This document shows positions 50,635 through 61,850 of a stretch of 64,000 nucleotides of DNA, one piece after another. Location of the stretch: assembly GCA_002269645.1 (NCBI GenBank), contig NIVC01002769.1, forward strand, positions 1 to 64,000, given 5' to 3'. The notes under the pieces are model-generated. The model was not told where the DNA came from. It searched no databases and was given only the letters and a program-made list of their open reading frames with translations. Both the position numbers and the translations under genes were made by a program. The stretch is from Macrostomum lignano (Eukaryota). The stretch's first letter is position 1; every line of letters starts with the position of its first letter.

Positions 50635-52475
50635 TCGATTGCTTAAGATGTGTGATATTTTGTTATGTTGAATTGCTTTTTATGTTTGCTAAGCATTACT
50701 GAATTATGATAGTTTTGTGCGAGCTTAAGTGGTAATAATATATTTCATGCATTGTAGATAGAATCTACCCATAAACTACCCATTCTGTAGTGGAGTCTAT
50801 CCATAAAACTACCCATTCTGTAGTGGGAGTCCACCCATAAACTACCCATTCTGTAGTGGAGTCTATCCATAAACTACCCATTCTGTAGTGGGAGTCCACC
50901 CATAAACTACCCATTCTGTAGTGGAGTCTATCCATAAAACTACCCATTCTGTAGTGGAGTACCCATAAACTACCCATTCTGTAGTGGAGTCTACCCATAA
51001 ACTACCCATTCTGTAGTGGGGTCTACCCATAAACTCCCATTCTGTAGTGGAGTCTACCCATAAACTACCCATTCTGTAGTGGAGTCTATCCATAAAACTA
51101 CCCATTCTGTAGTGGAATCTACCCATAAACTACCCATTCTGTAGTGGAGTCTACCCATAAACTACCCATTCTGTAGTGGAGTCTATCCATAAAACTACCC
51201 ATTCTGTAGTGGAGTCTACCCATAAACTACCCATTCTGTAGTGGAGTCTACCCATAAACTACCCATTCTGTAGTGGAGTATCCATAAACTACCCATTCTG
51301 TAGTGGAGTATCCATAAACTACCCATTCTGTAGTGAAGTCTACCCATAAACTACCCATTCTGTAGTGGAGTCTACCCATAAACTACCCATTCTGTAGTGG
51401 AGTCTATCCATAAAACTACCCATTCTGTAGTGGAGTCTACCCATAAACTACCCATTCTGTAGTGGAGTCTACCCATAAACTACCCATTCTGTAGTGGAGT
51501 ATCCATAAACTACCCATTCTGTAGTGAAGTCTACCCATAAACTACCCATTCTGTAGTGGAGTCTACCCATAAACTACCCATTCTGTAGTGGAGTCTATCC
51601 ATAAAACTACCCATTCTGTAGTGGAGTCTACCCATAAACTACCCATTCTGTAGTGGAGTCTACCCATAAACTACCCATTCTGTAGTGGAGTCTATCCATA
51701 AAACTACCCATTCTGTAGTGGAGTCTACCCATAAACTACCCATTCTGTAGTGGAGTCTACCCATAAACTACCCATTCTGTAGTGGAGTATCCATAAACTA
51801 CCCATTCTGTAGTGAAGTCTACCCATAAACTACCCATTCTGTAGTGAAGTCTACCCATAAACTACCCATTCTGTAGTGGAGTCTACCCATAAACTACCCA
51901 TTCTGTAGTGGAGTCTATCCATAAAACTACCCATTCTGTAGTGGAGTCTACCCATAAACTACCCATTCTGTAGTGGAGTCTACCCATAAACTACCCATTC
52001 TGTAGTGGAGTATCCATAAACTACCCATTCTGTAGTGGAGTATCCATAAACTACCCATTCTGTAGTGGAGTATCCATAAACTACCCATTCTGTAGTGGAG
52101 TCTACCCATAAACTCCCATTCTGTAGTGGAGTATCCATAAAATACCCATTCTGTAGTGGAGTCTACCCATAAACTCCCATTCTGTAGTGGAGTATCCATA
52201 AAATACCCATTCTGTAGTGAAGTCTACCCATAAACTACCCATTCTGTAGTGGAGTCTACCCATAAACTACCCATTCTGTAGATAGAATCTACCCATAAAC
52301 TACCCATTCTGTAGTAGAGTCTACCCATAAACTACCCATTCTGTAGTGGAGTCTACCCATAAACTACCGAATCTTTAGATAGAATCTACCCAATGAACAA
52401 CCGATTCTGTAGTAGAATCTACCCACTAAACTACCGAATCTGTAGTAGAATCTACCCAATAAACTACCGAATCAT

Positions 52476-53071
52476 TCATTGGCGAGGAACTGGCTCTATT
52501 CAGCCGATCTGAAACCCAGAAAGAAGTTGTAGTGCCCAAAACCAAAGGCGAACCGCTGGGCGTAGTGATAGTGGAGAGCGGTTGGGGCTCCATGCTGCCC
52601 ACTGTGGTCCTGGCCAACATGCAGCCCTCCGGTCCTGCCGCTCGCTGCGGCCAGCTGAACATTGGCGACCAGATGCTTGCCATCAACGGAGTCAGTCTGG
52701 TTGGCCTGCCCCTGGCTACGTGCCAGCAGCATGTTCGAGCTTGCAAATCCAACACGGCTGTGAAAGTTCGCCTGGTGTCCTGCCCGCCAGTTGTTGAAGT
52801 CCTCATCCGACGGCCGGATGTGAAATTCCAGTTGGGATTCAGCGTTCAGAATGGCGTGATTTGTTCCCTGCTGAGAGGCGGCATTGCCGAGCGGGGCGGG
52901 GTTCGAGTCGGGCATCGGATTATCGAGATTAACGGCCAGTCTGTGGTGGCCACTCCGCACGACCGCATTGTTGCTATGCTGGCCTCCGGGGTTGGCGAGA
53001 TTCACATGAAAACCATGCCGACATCGATCTTCAGATTGCTGACTGGGCAGGAGGCTCCTCACTATATCTGA
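52476..53071 (+). pseudogene. Duplicated Mint 3' fragment, copy 4
   Basis: As for copy 2; identical 179-aa ORF. Confidence 0.8.
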
Positions 53072-55609
53072 TCGATTGCTTAAGATGTGTGATATTTTGT
53101 TATGTTGAATTGCTTTTTATGTTTGCTAAGCATTACTGAATTATGATAGTTTTGTGCGAGCTTAAGTGGTAATAATATATTTCATGCATTGTAGATAGAA
53201 TCTACCCATAAACTACCCATTCTGTAGTGGAGTCTATCCATAAAACTACCCATTCTGTAGTGGGAGTCCACCCATAAACTACCCATTCTGTAGTGGAGTC
53301 TATCCATAAACTACCCATTCTGTAGTGGGAGTCCACCCATAAACTACCCATTCTGTAGTGGAGTCTATCCATAAAACTACCCATTCTGTAGTGGAGTACC
53401 CATAAACTACCCATTCTGTAGTGGAGTCTACCCATAAACTACCCATTCTGTAGTGGGGTCTACCCATAAACTCCCATTCTGTAGTGGAGTCTACCCATAA
53501 ACTACCCATTCTGTAGTGGAGTCTATCCATAAAACTACCCATTCTGTAGTGGAATCTACCCATAAACTACCCATTCTGTAGTGGAGTCTACCCATAAACT
53601 ACCCATTCTGTAGTGGAGTCTATCCATAAAACTACCCATTCTGTAGTGGAGTCTACCCATAAACTACCCATTCTGTAGTGGAGTCTACCCATAAACTACC
53701 CATTCTGTAGTGGAGTATCCATAAACTACCCATTCTGTAGTGGAGTATCCATAAACTACCCATTCTGTAGTGAAGTCTACCCATAAACTACCCATTCTGT
53801 AGTGGAGTCTACCCATAAACTACCCATTCTGTAGTGGAGTCTATCCATAAAACTACCCATTCTGTAGTGGAGTCTACCCATAAACTACCCATTCTGTAGT
53901 GGAGTCTACCCATAAACTACCCATTCTGTAGTGGAGTATCCATAAACTACCCATTCTGTAGTGAAGTCTACCCATAAACTACCCATTCTGTAGTGGAGTC
54001 TACCCATAAACTACCCATTCTGTAGTGGAGTCTATCCATAAAACTACCCATTCTGTAGTGGAGTCTACCCATAAACTACCCATTCTGTAGTGGAGTCTAC
54101 CCATAAACTACCCATTCTGTAGTGGAGTCTATCCATAAAACTACCCATTCTGTAGTGGAGTCTACCCATAAACTACCCATTCTGTAGTGGAGTCTACCCA
54201 TAAACTACCCATTCTGTAGTGGAGTATCCATAAACTACCCATTCTGTAGTGAAGTCTACCCATAAACTACCCATTCTGTAGTGAAGTCTACCCATAAACT
54301 ACCCATTCTGTAGTGGAGTCTACCCATAAACTACCCATTCTGTAGTGGAGTCTATCCATAAAACTACCCATTCTGTAGTGGAGTCTACCCATAAACTACC
54401 CATTCTGTAGTGGAGTCTACCCATAAACTACCCATTCTGTAGTGGAGTATCCATAAACTACCCATTCTGTAGTGGAGTATCCATAAACTACCCATTCTGT
54501 AGTGGAGTATCCATAAACTACCCATTCTGTAGTGGAGTCTACCCATAAACTCCCATTCTGTAGTGGAGTATCCATAAAATACCCATTCTGTAGTGGAGTC
54601 TACCCATAAACTCCCATTCTGTAGTGGAGTATCCATAAAATACCCATTCTGTAGTGAAGTCTACCCATAAACTACCCATTCTGTAGTGGAGTCTACCCAT
54701 AAACTACCCATTCTGTAGATAGAATCTACCCATAAACTACCCATTCTGTAGTAGAGTCTACCCATAAACTACCCATTCTGTAGTGGAGTCTACCCATAAA
54801 CTACCGAATCTTTAGATAGAATCTACCCAATGAACAACCGATTCTGTAGTAGAATCTACCCACTAAACTACCGAATCTGTAGTAGAATCTACCCAATAAA
54901 CTACCGAATCTGTAGTAGAATCTACCCACTAAACTACCGAATCTGTAGTAGAATCTACCCAATGAACTACCGAATCTGTAGTAGAATCTACCCACTAAAC
55001 TACCGAATCTGTAGTAGAATCTACCCAATGAACTACCGAATCTGTAGTAGAATCTACTGAAGCTTCCCCATCAATAAGTAGAATGTACCACTATACAATT
55101 GTTTCTGATTTTAGCGCACTACGATATCTGAGTGTCTCATTGTGTGTACATGCGTGTAAAAATTATTGTTATTCAGTAGCCTGAAGTTGTCATGGGGAGA
55201 ACTCATTCATTAATTACTGAAATATTGATTTGCTTGCATTAATTCTCCTTACCCCCTCCTGTCTGCATGACGTCACCATTTTATTAATGTTCCATTTCTT
55301 GACATTGCAATTCAAAAGCTTACAAAATGCAATACTTTATACATGTGAAGAACAAGGATAATTAGATGTTAATTAAGCATGTTGTTATTCTTATTGCTAA
55401 TTAGTAAATTGTATAAGAGAACTCTTTTGTGTATGTGCTCACTGTTATTTTGGTGCGTTTAGTTTTTGTTTTAACTGTCCGCTTTGTTATTTTGTTTGGT
55501 GTAAATTAATTATTTTAAAAAACTGGATTTAATGCAGTAGCTACGCTCGTAAATCATATTTATTATTCGTAATAATTCAACTGTTTTAAATACCGAATTC
55601 CAAAATATT

Positions 55610-56122
55610 AATTGGGAAACAATCTTGCACCAATTATTGATTGCGAGTCAACCTTGCACCAATTATTGATTGGGAGTCAATCTTGCACCAATTATTGATT
55701 GGGAGTCAACCTTGCACCAATTATTGATTGGGAGTCAACCTTGCACCAATTATTGATTGGGAGTCAATCTTGCACCAATTATTGATTGGGAGTCAACCTT
55801 GCACCAATTATTGATTGGGAGTCAATCTTGCACCAATTATTGATTGGGAGTCAATCTTGCACCAATTATTGATTGGGAGTCAACCTTGCACCAATTATTG
55901 ATTGGGAGTCAATCTTGCACCAATTATTGATTGGGAGTCAACCTTGCACCAATTATTGATTGGGAATCAATCTTGCACCAATTATTGATTGGGAGTCAAT
56001 CTCGCACCAATTATTGATTGGGAGTCAATCTCGCACCAATTATTTATTGGGAGTCAATCTTGCACCAATTATTGATTGGGAATCAATCTTGCACCAATTA
56101 TTGATTGGGAGTCAACCTTGCA
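55610..56122. repeat. Minisatellite, 29-bp unit CAATCTTGCACCAATTATTGATTGGGAGT
   Basis: About 17 copies. Confidence 0.95.
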
Positions 56123-56854
56123 CGCTCCAGAGTATTCTCCATTTACTCCAGACAATGCCCCGTATTTATAGTTTCTAATTGTCAATAAACGAAAGATCTC
56201 CACTTTGTCTGTAATTTCATTAATCCGCAGAAATTTCTGTTTGCTTGCTTCAAGCTTGAATTTTTGTTTCTTAAAATTTGATTTTTATCGATACATTTGC
56301 TTGACACTTTTTGATTTTCTAAATATTGTTAAATAAGTGTTGAAGTCTATAAATAATATTTGAGAATATTATTTATACAATTATTAATCATCAAACGAAA
56401 CGGTGCAACGACCTTTCATGCAATTTCAAAGTGGTATTAATTTGAAGAAAAAAAGTTCAAAAAACTTTCTTGATGTCTTCTGTGCATGTTTATTCGAAAA
56501 TATTGAAAGCTGGTTTTTATTTTGTTACTATTTTCATTTATTTAAGTTTTCTTTGGTGCATAAAATACTGAAAATTATCTAAATTAAAGGATACAAATGC
56601 GATCATACTACTTGAGAGAATAGGTGCGACAAGTAGTATGTAGTAAAAAATACAAGTTTGCGCGCAAAATCTGATCCTCATTTGTTAGAGCACAGGCTCA
56701 GATCACCTCCAAAATACGGTAGCCCTTGCACAACAGAAAAATGCTTTGTCACTGACTAAAAAACTCGACTCTTTCTTGGAAAATCGCTATTTTAATCTTT
56801 ATTGGTAAAAGTCTAAAATTATTGGTAATTTTGGGAAGATTGCTCTTCTGACCT

Positions 56855-57210
56855 GTGGAAAAAATCGCCCTTCAACCAACCATTTTGGAAAAAAATTGCC
56901 CTTTAACTAACCGTATTGGGGAAAAATCGCCCTTGAACTAACCATCTTGGGGAAAAATCGCCCTTCAACTAACCATATTGGGGAAAAATCGCCCTTTAAC
57001 TAGCTATCTTGGGGGAAAAATCGCCCTTCAACTAGCTATATTGGGGGAAAAATCGCCCTTTAACTAGCTATCTTGGGGGGAAAATCGCCCTTCAACTAAC
57101 CGTCTTGGGGAAAAATCGCCCTTTAACTAACCATCTTGGGGAAAAATCGCCTTTTAACTAACCATCTTGGGTAAAAATCGCCCTTTAAACAACTATCTTA
57201 GAAAAAATGC
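56855..57210. repeat. Degenerate ~31-bp minisatellite GGGGAAAAATCGCCCTTTAACTAACCATCTT
   Basis: About 11 copies, 3' of the F-box gene. Confidence 0.88.
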
Positions 57211-57487
57211 CCCTAAGCATCTCAAGGAAAAATCGCTATTCAACCACAATGTCTGGAACAATCTCCCTCTCAATCACTCAATCACTCCCTCTCGATTTTT
57301 GGAAAAATCGCCCCTCTTCCGGGTATAATCGTGAGAAACAACAAAGCGTCAGTTATTGATCACACAAAGTACAAGAAATGCAGCAATACGTAAAACTGCC
57401 AGTTACAAAAGTTCACAGTCAAAAACGCATAAAAAGGTAATTATAATTTGAGCAAAAAAGATCGCCCAGCACAGTCAAACGTCAGAA

Positions 57488-60400
57488 TCAGTCGCTGTGC
57501 ACGCGGACTCGCCGACCTCTATATGAGTTCAGAAACTGATCCAATCCGTTTGCAAAATTGTCAAATTGTAAACCCGACAGCTTCAGGTCAGTCAGGTGCG
57601 GGCAGGCCCCGGCGATGCTGACCAAGGCAGAGTCAGTGAGGCTGCGACAGTCGCTCAGCTCTAGCCTGCGGAGGCCCCTAGCAACCGGAGTGCGGCACAG
57701 TTCCGCCACGAATTCGTCATTTAGACTGGCATCGCTAAACTTCAATGCCGCGAATTCGTGCAGCTCAGGCAGTGGCTGAGTGGCTCCACGTTTGAGCAGA
57801 TTTTCCCACACTTTGCCGCTCAAGCGGATGCAGTTAGTGAGGCGGAGGCGACGCAGGCGGGACAGCAGGGTGAGCAAATCCGATAGCAGTTTGTCATCGC
57901 AGTCGCTGATGTTCAGACTGGTCAGGTCTGAAGTAGGCGAGTGAGGGTTTTGCGCGATGGGTGAGCCAGCGATTCCCAAATCTTAGCGTTTAGATAAATG
58001 AATTTCAGGGTGAGATGGGAAATCTAGGGTGAGATGGGAGAATCTAGAGTGAGATTGGAGAATCTAGGGTGAGATAGGATAATCTAGGGTGAGATACGAG
58101 ACTTTAGGGTGGGATGTGGGAACTCGAGAGTGAGATTAAAAATCTAGGGTGAGATAAAAGAATCTAGAGTGAGATTGGAGAATCTAGGGTGAGATACGCG
58201 AATATAGGGTGAGATGGGAGAATCTAGGGTGAGATGGGAGCATCTAGCGTGAGACAGGAGAATCTAGGGTGGGATGTGAGAACTCAAGAGTGAGATTAAA
58301 AATCGAGGGTGAGATAGAAGAATCTAGAGTGGGATTGGAGAATCTAGGATGAGATAGGATAATCTAGGGTGAAATAGGAGAATTTAGGGTGAAATGTGAG
58401 AACTCAAGAGTGAGATTAAAAATCGAGGGTGAGATAGAAGAATCTAGAGTGGGATTGGAGAATCTAGGATGAGATAGGATAATCTAGGGTGAAATAGGAG
58501 AATTTAGGGTGAAATGTGAGAACTCAAGAGTGAGATTAAAAATCGAGGGTGAGATAGAAGAATCTAGAGTGAGATTGGAGAATCTAGGATGAGATAGGAT
58601 AATCTAGGGTGAGATTGGAGAATCTAGAGTGAGATTGGAGAATCTAGGATGAGATAGGATAATCTAGGGTGAGATAAAAGAATCTAGAGTGAGATTGGAG
58701 AATCTAGGGTAAGATAAGAGAATCTAGCGTGAGATAGGAGAATCTAGGGTGAGATTGGAGAATCTAGGGTGAGATGGGAGAATCTAGCGTGAGATAGGAG
58801 AATCTAGGGTGAGACTGGAGAATCTAGGGTGAGATAAAAGAATCTAGGGTGAGACTGGAGAATCTAGGGTGAGATGGGAGAATCTAGCGTGAGAAAGGAG
58901 AAATAGGAAAAATCTACTCACCAGAGCATGGTCGCAATCCAACCAGCAAGCCCCGCATGCAGCCATGTTTAAGCTCTTGAATTGGCAGCTCAAATCTCTT
59001 GAGACCTCGCGGCAGTAGCGATTGTAAGTCCGGCTGTCTCAGTTTCCGAAAACTCGGCAGCTTCAAATCCTCAATGCCCGAGGGTAGATTAGCAACAATT
59101 TTGCGATAGCACTCTGAGTCCAGCTCGTCATGACTGGATATCTTGAGTCGCCGCAACTTGGGACAGCCATTGAGCAGTTCCACAAAACCGGTTGCGCTAA
59201 TCATACATAGCGAGACATTTTTCAGCACTAAAGACTGCAGATTCGGACAGCCGGAAGCCAGAGGACCCGCGTGACTTTCGGTGAACTCGCCGAATTGAAG
59301 CTTCAGAGTCGTCAGGTAGGGAGCCAGAGACAGCAGCCGGTGCAAATGTTCTGCGTTAAGGGAATATATTTTTTTCTCAAAAATATCTCATTTGGTGGGA
59401 AATCCCTTAAATGGGGACTACCAAGGTGGAAAATCCCCCGAGTGGGAAACTTCCTAAAGGGGAAGTCCCCTAAGTGGGAATCCCCTAGATGAGAAATCAT
59501 ACAGGTTAGGTGAGAAATCCCCTAGGTGGGAAATCCATTAGGTCGAAATCCCAGAGATAGGAAATCCCCCGAGTGGGAAATTTTCTGGAGGGGAAGTTCC
59601 GTAAGTGGAATACTTTGGGTGAAAAATCATACAGGTTAGGTGGAATATCCCGTAGGTGGGAAATCCCCTGCGTAGAAAATCCCTGGTGGGAAATCCCTTA
59701 GTTAGAAATCCCCTACGTGGAAAATCCTTGGTGGGAAATTACCTAGGTGGAAAATCCCTTCGTTGGAAATCCCCTAGGTGGGAAATCCCCTGGTGGGAAA
59801 TTACCTAGGTGGAAAATCCCTGGTGGGAAATCCCCTAGGTGGGAAATCCCCTGGTGGGAAATTACCTAGGTGGAAAATCCCTGGTGGGAAATCATCTAGG
59901 TGGGAAATCCCGTAGTTGTAAATCCCCTAGGTGGAAAATCCCTGGTGGGAAATCCCTTGGTTGGAAATCCAAGAGGTAGGAAATTTCCTAGGTGAAAAAA
60001 TATCCTAGATGGGATATCGCTTAGGTGGGAAATTTCCCGATAGGAAATCCTAGAGCTGCCAGATGAGGAATTCCCTAGATTATGATAATGATCATATAAG
60101 AGTACATTAGTTTAAAAAAACCCTAGGTTAGAAAATCTCATAAAGCATTTGTAATGAAAAAAATAGCAATTAACACCAACCATCATAGCACAGATCGCTG
60201 GCATTCAAGACAAGCTCGCGAATACTAGTACCATCAACCATTTCGTCCAGAAACAAAGGAAACGTAGCTTCATGCAGAAAGTTCAGCCGCGTCAACCGGC
60301 TAAACAGAGATGCCAGCTGAGGTAGCGGCAGTGGATTGGAGTCCGGTCCAGCTAGGACACTCTGACGAAACTCCAAATCGACAAGTTCCAAACAGCCTTC

Positions 60401-61850
60401 GTTTAAAGCGGTCACGGATTCCTCAGTCAGCAGGTCTCTGCCAAAACGAATCAATTTTAAAGTACAAAGCTGAGAACAGGATTGCCCCAGAACTACTAGC
60501 GGATTTTGCTCTTCAGTAGGTAATCCATCGAATCCTTGGATAGTCAGAGCCTGCAGACAGGGCGAGTTGCTGAGAAACGTGTTGAGCAGTTGTACACTGC
60601 GCCTGTTGTACTCAGCATCCGAGCTGCATAACTCAAAATGCAGCTGTTGAATACTGGCCGATGAACAGAAAGATGTCCAATACGACAGCTGGTTAACCGG
60701 AGTTGGACTGTCAATAATGGTTTGAGCTCGAATTCGAATACTGTTGCGCCATAGAAGGGGCTGAGCAGTGAGCTGACGCCATCGCTTGTTCAGCTGAGCA
60801 CATCGGCTAAGGGTGGCCTGGTCTAGCTCGGATAAAATCCTGGTTAGCAACTCGGTTGGCAGCTGCTCCAGTTGACAGGGATGATTGAAGGCCTGAAGGC
60901 GTGAGGTCGTAATTTAGAGTCACTCTTAGTTTAGAGAATAATACAGAAGAATCTAGGCTGAGATAAGAGAATTCATAGATGAGAATAGATGATTTCTAGG
61001 GAGAAGAGAATCCAGGGTGAGATTAAAGAATCTACAGGTAGATAAGAGAATCCATATGTGAGATTAGAGAATCTACAGGTGATATTAGAGAATCTAAAGG
61101 TAGATAAGAGAATCCAAGGCTAAGATTAGAGAATCTACAGGTAGATAAGAGAATCCAGGATGAGATTAGAGAATCTACAGGTGAAATCAGAGAATCCACA
61201 AGTAGATAAGTGAATCCAAGGGTGAGATTTGAGAATCCACAGGTAGATAATAGAATCCAACGAAGGGTGAGATGAGAGAATCCATGAGTGAAATTAGAGA
61301 ATCTACAGTTAGATAATAAATTATAATTTATTACACCTGCCCTAATGCCCTATTCCTCAATGCATCTGAAGGCTGCATACAGCTGTTCAGTCCAAGGACT
61401 GGTGGGTCGCCACAGGCCACACACACCCTCAATTACCCCAGCTAATGCTGGCACCCATTTTAAAGCTGGGTGAACTGAAGGAATGTAGAGTTAAGTATCT
61501 TGCTCAAGAACACAAATTGTTCCAAGTGGGTCAAGAATCAAACCCCCAACCTTTAAGTTGTGAGTCTAAAATGCTTTAACCACTGGGCTACAACCCCTTA
61601 AGAGATAAGAGAATCACTAAATGAGATTGTAGAATCTGCTAAGACAATAGGGAATTGCAAGAAAGATAAAGTATGGCCACTGTAGATTCTACTAGGGATC
61701 AATAAGAGAATCAATATTGAATACTTGGTGAACCTAAACATCAAATGACAAGCTGACCTAACAGACAATGCTTACCTCCAATTGCTTTGACCTGCTTTGA
61801 TTATTCTCTAGTAGGCTATGCTCACTTTTATTTTCTTTAAATTCTGACAT
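57488..61850 (-). CDS. F-box/leucine-rich-repeat (FBXL-type) protein, 551 aa; exons 61850-61776, 60892-60181, 59350-58922, 57927-57488
   Basis: F-box LEQLPTELLTRILSELDQATLSRCAQLNKRWRQL. Cys-containing LRRs include GCPNLQSLVL, GCPKLRRLKI, LRRLELSDCRSLTDSAL and ACPHLTDLKL. First exon has ACAATG and GAG|GTAAGC; phases 0,1,1 fit. Confidence 0.85.
57990..58905. repeat. Intronic minisatellite, 20-bp unit GAGATTGGAGAATCTAGGGT with higher-order blocks
   Basis: About 45 copies in F-box intron 3. Confidence 0.93.
59390..60080. repeat. Degenerate 15-16-bp intronic minisatellite AAATCCCCTAGGTGGG
   Basis: Fills F-box intron 2. Confidence 0.9.
60940..61315. repeat. Degenerate ~20-bp intronic minisatellite (GAGATTAGAGAATCTACAGGT), interrupted by a SINE
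   Basis: Related to the 57990-58905 unit. It resumes briefly after 61600. Confidence 0.8.
61325..61597 (-). mobile_element. Full-length, more diverged CORE-type SINE (copy 3 of 3)
   Basis: Reverse complement of the 40429 copy: GGGGTTGTAGCCCAGTGG head, CORE-like body, ATTAGGGCAGGTGTAAT tail. Confidence 0.85.

Larger units (their letters stand above)
45165..54910 (+). repeat. Head-to-tail segmental tandem array, 4 x 2437 bp (Mint PDZ1-PDZ2 CDS + stop + 3' flank + 32-bp minisatellite)
   Basis: TCATTGGCGAGGAACTGG starts at 45165, 47602, 50039 and 52476 (exact 2437-bp period). The 179-aa ORFs at 47658, 50095 and 52532 are identical. Confidence 0.97.

Noticed and set aside
45136-53062. 188-aa and 119-126-aa minus-strand ORFs repeated in each unit
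   Set aside because: Antisense shadows of the GC-rich Mint PDZ exon.
10435-56122. CRISPR-like appearance of regular 20-40-bp repeats
   Set aside because: Units are directly adjacent with no unique spacers, there are no cas genes, and the context is eukaryotic.
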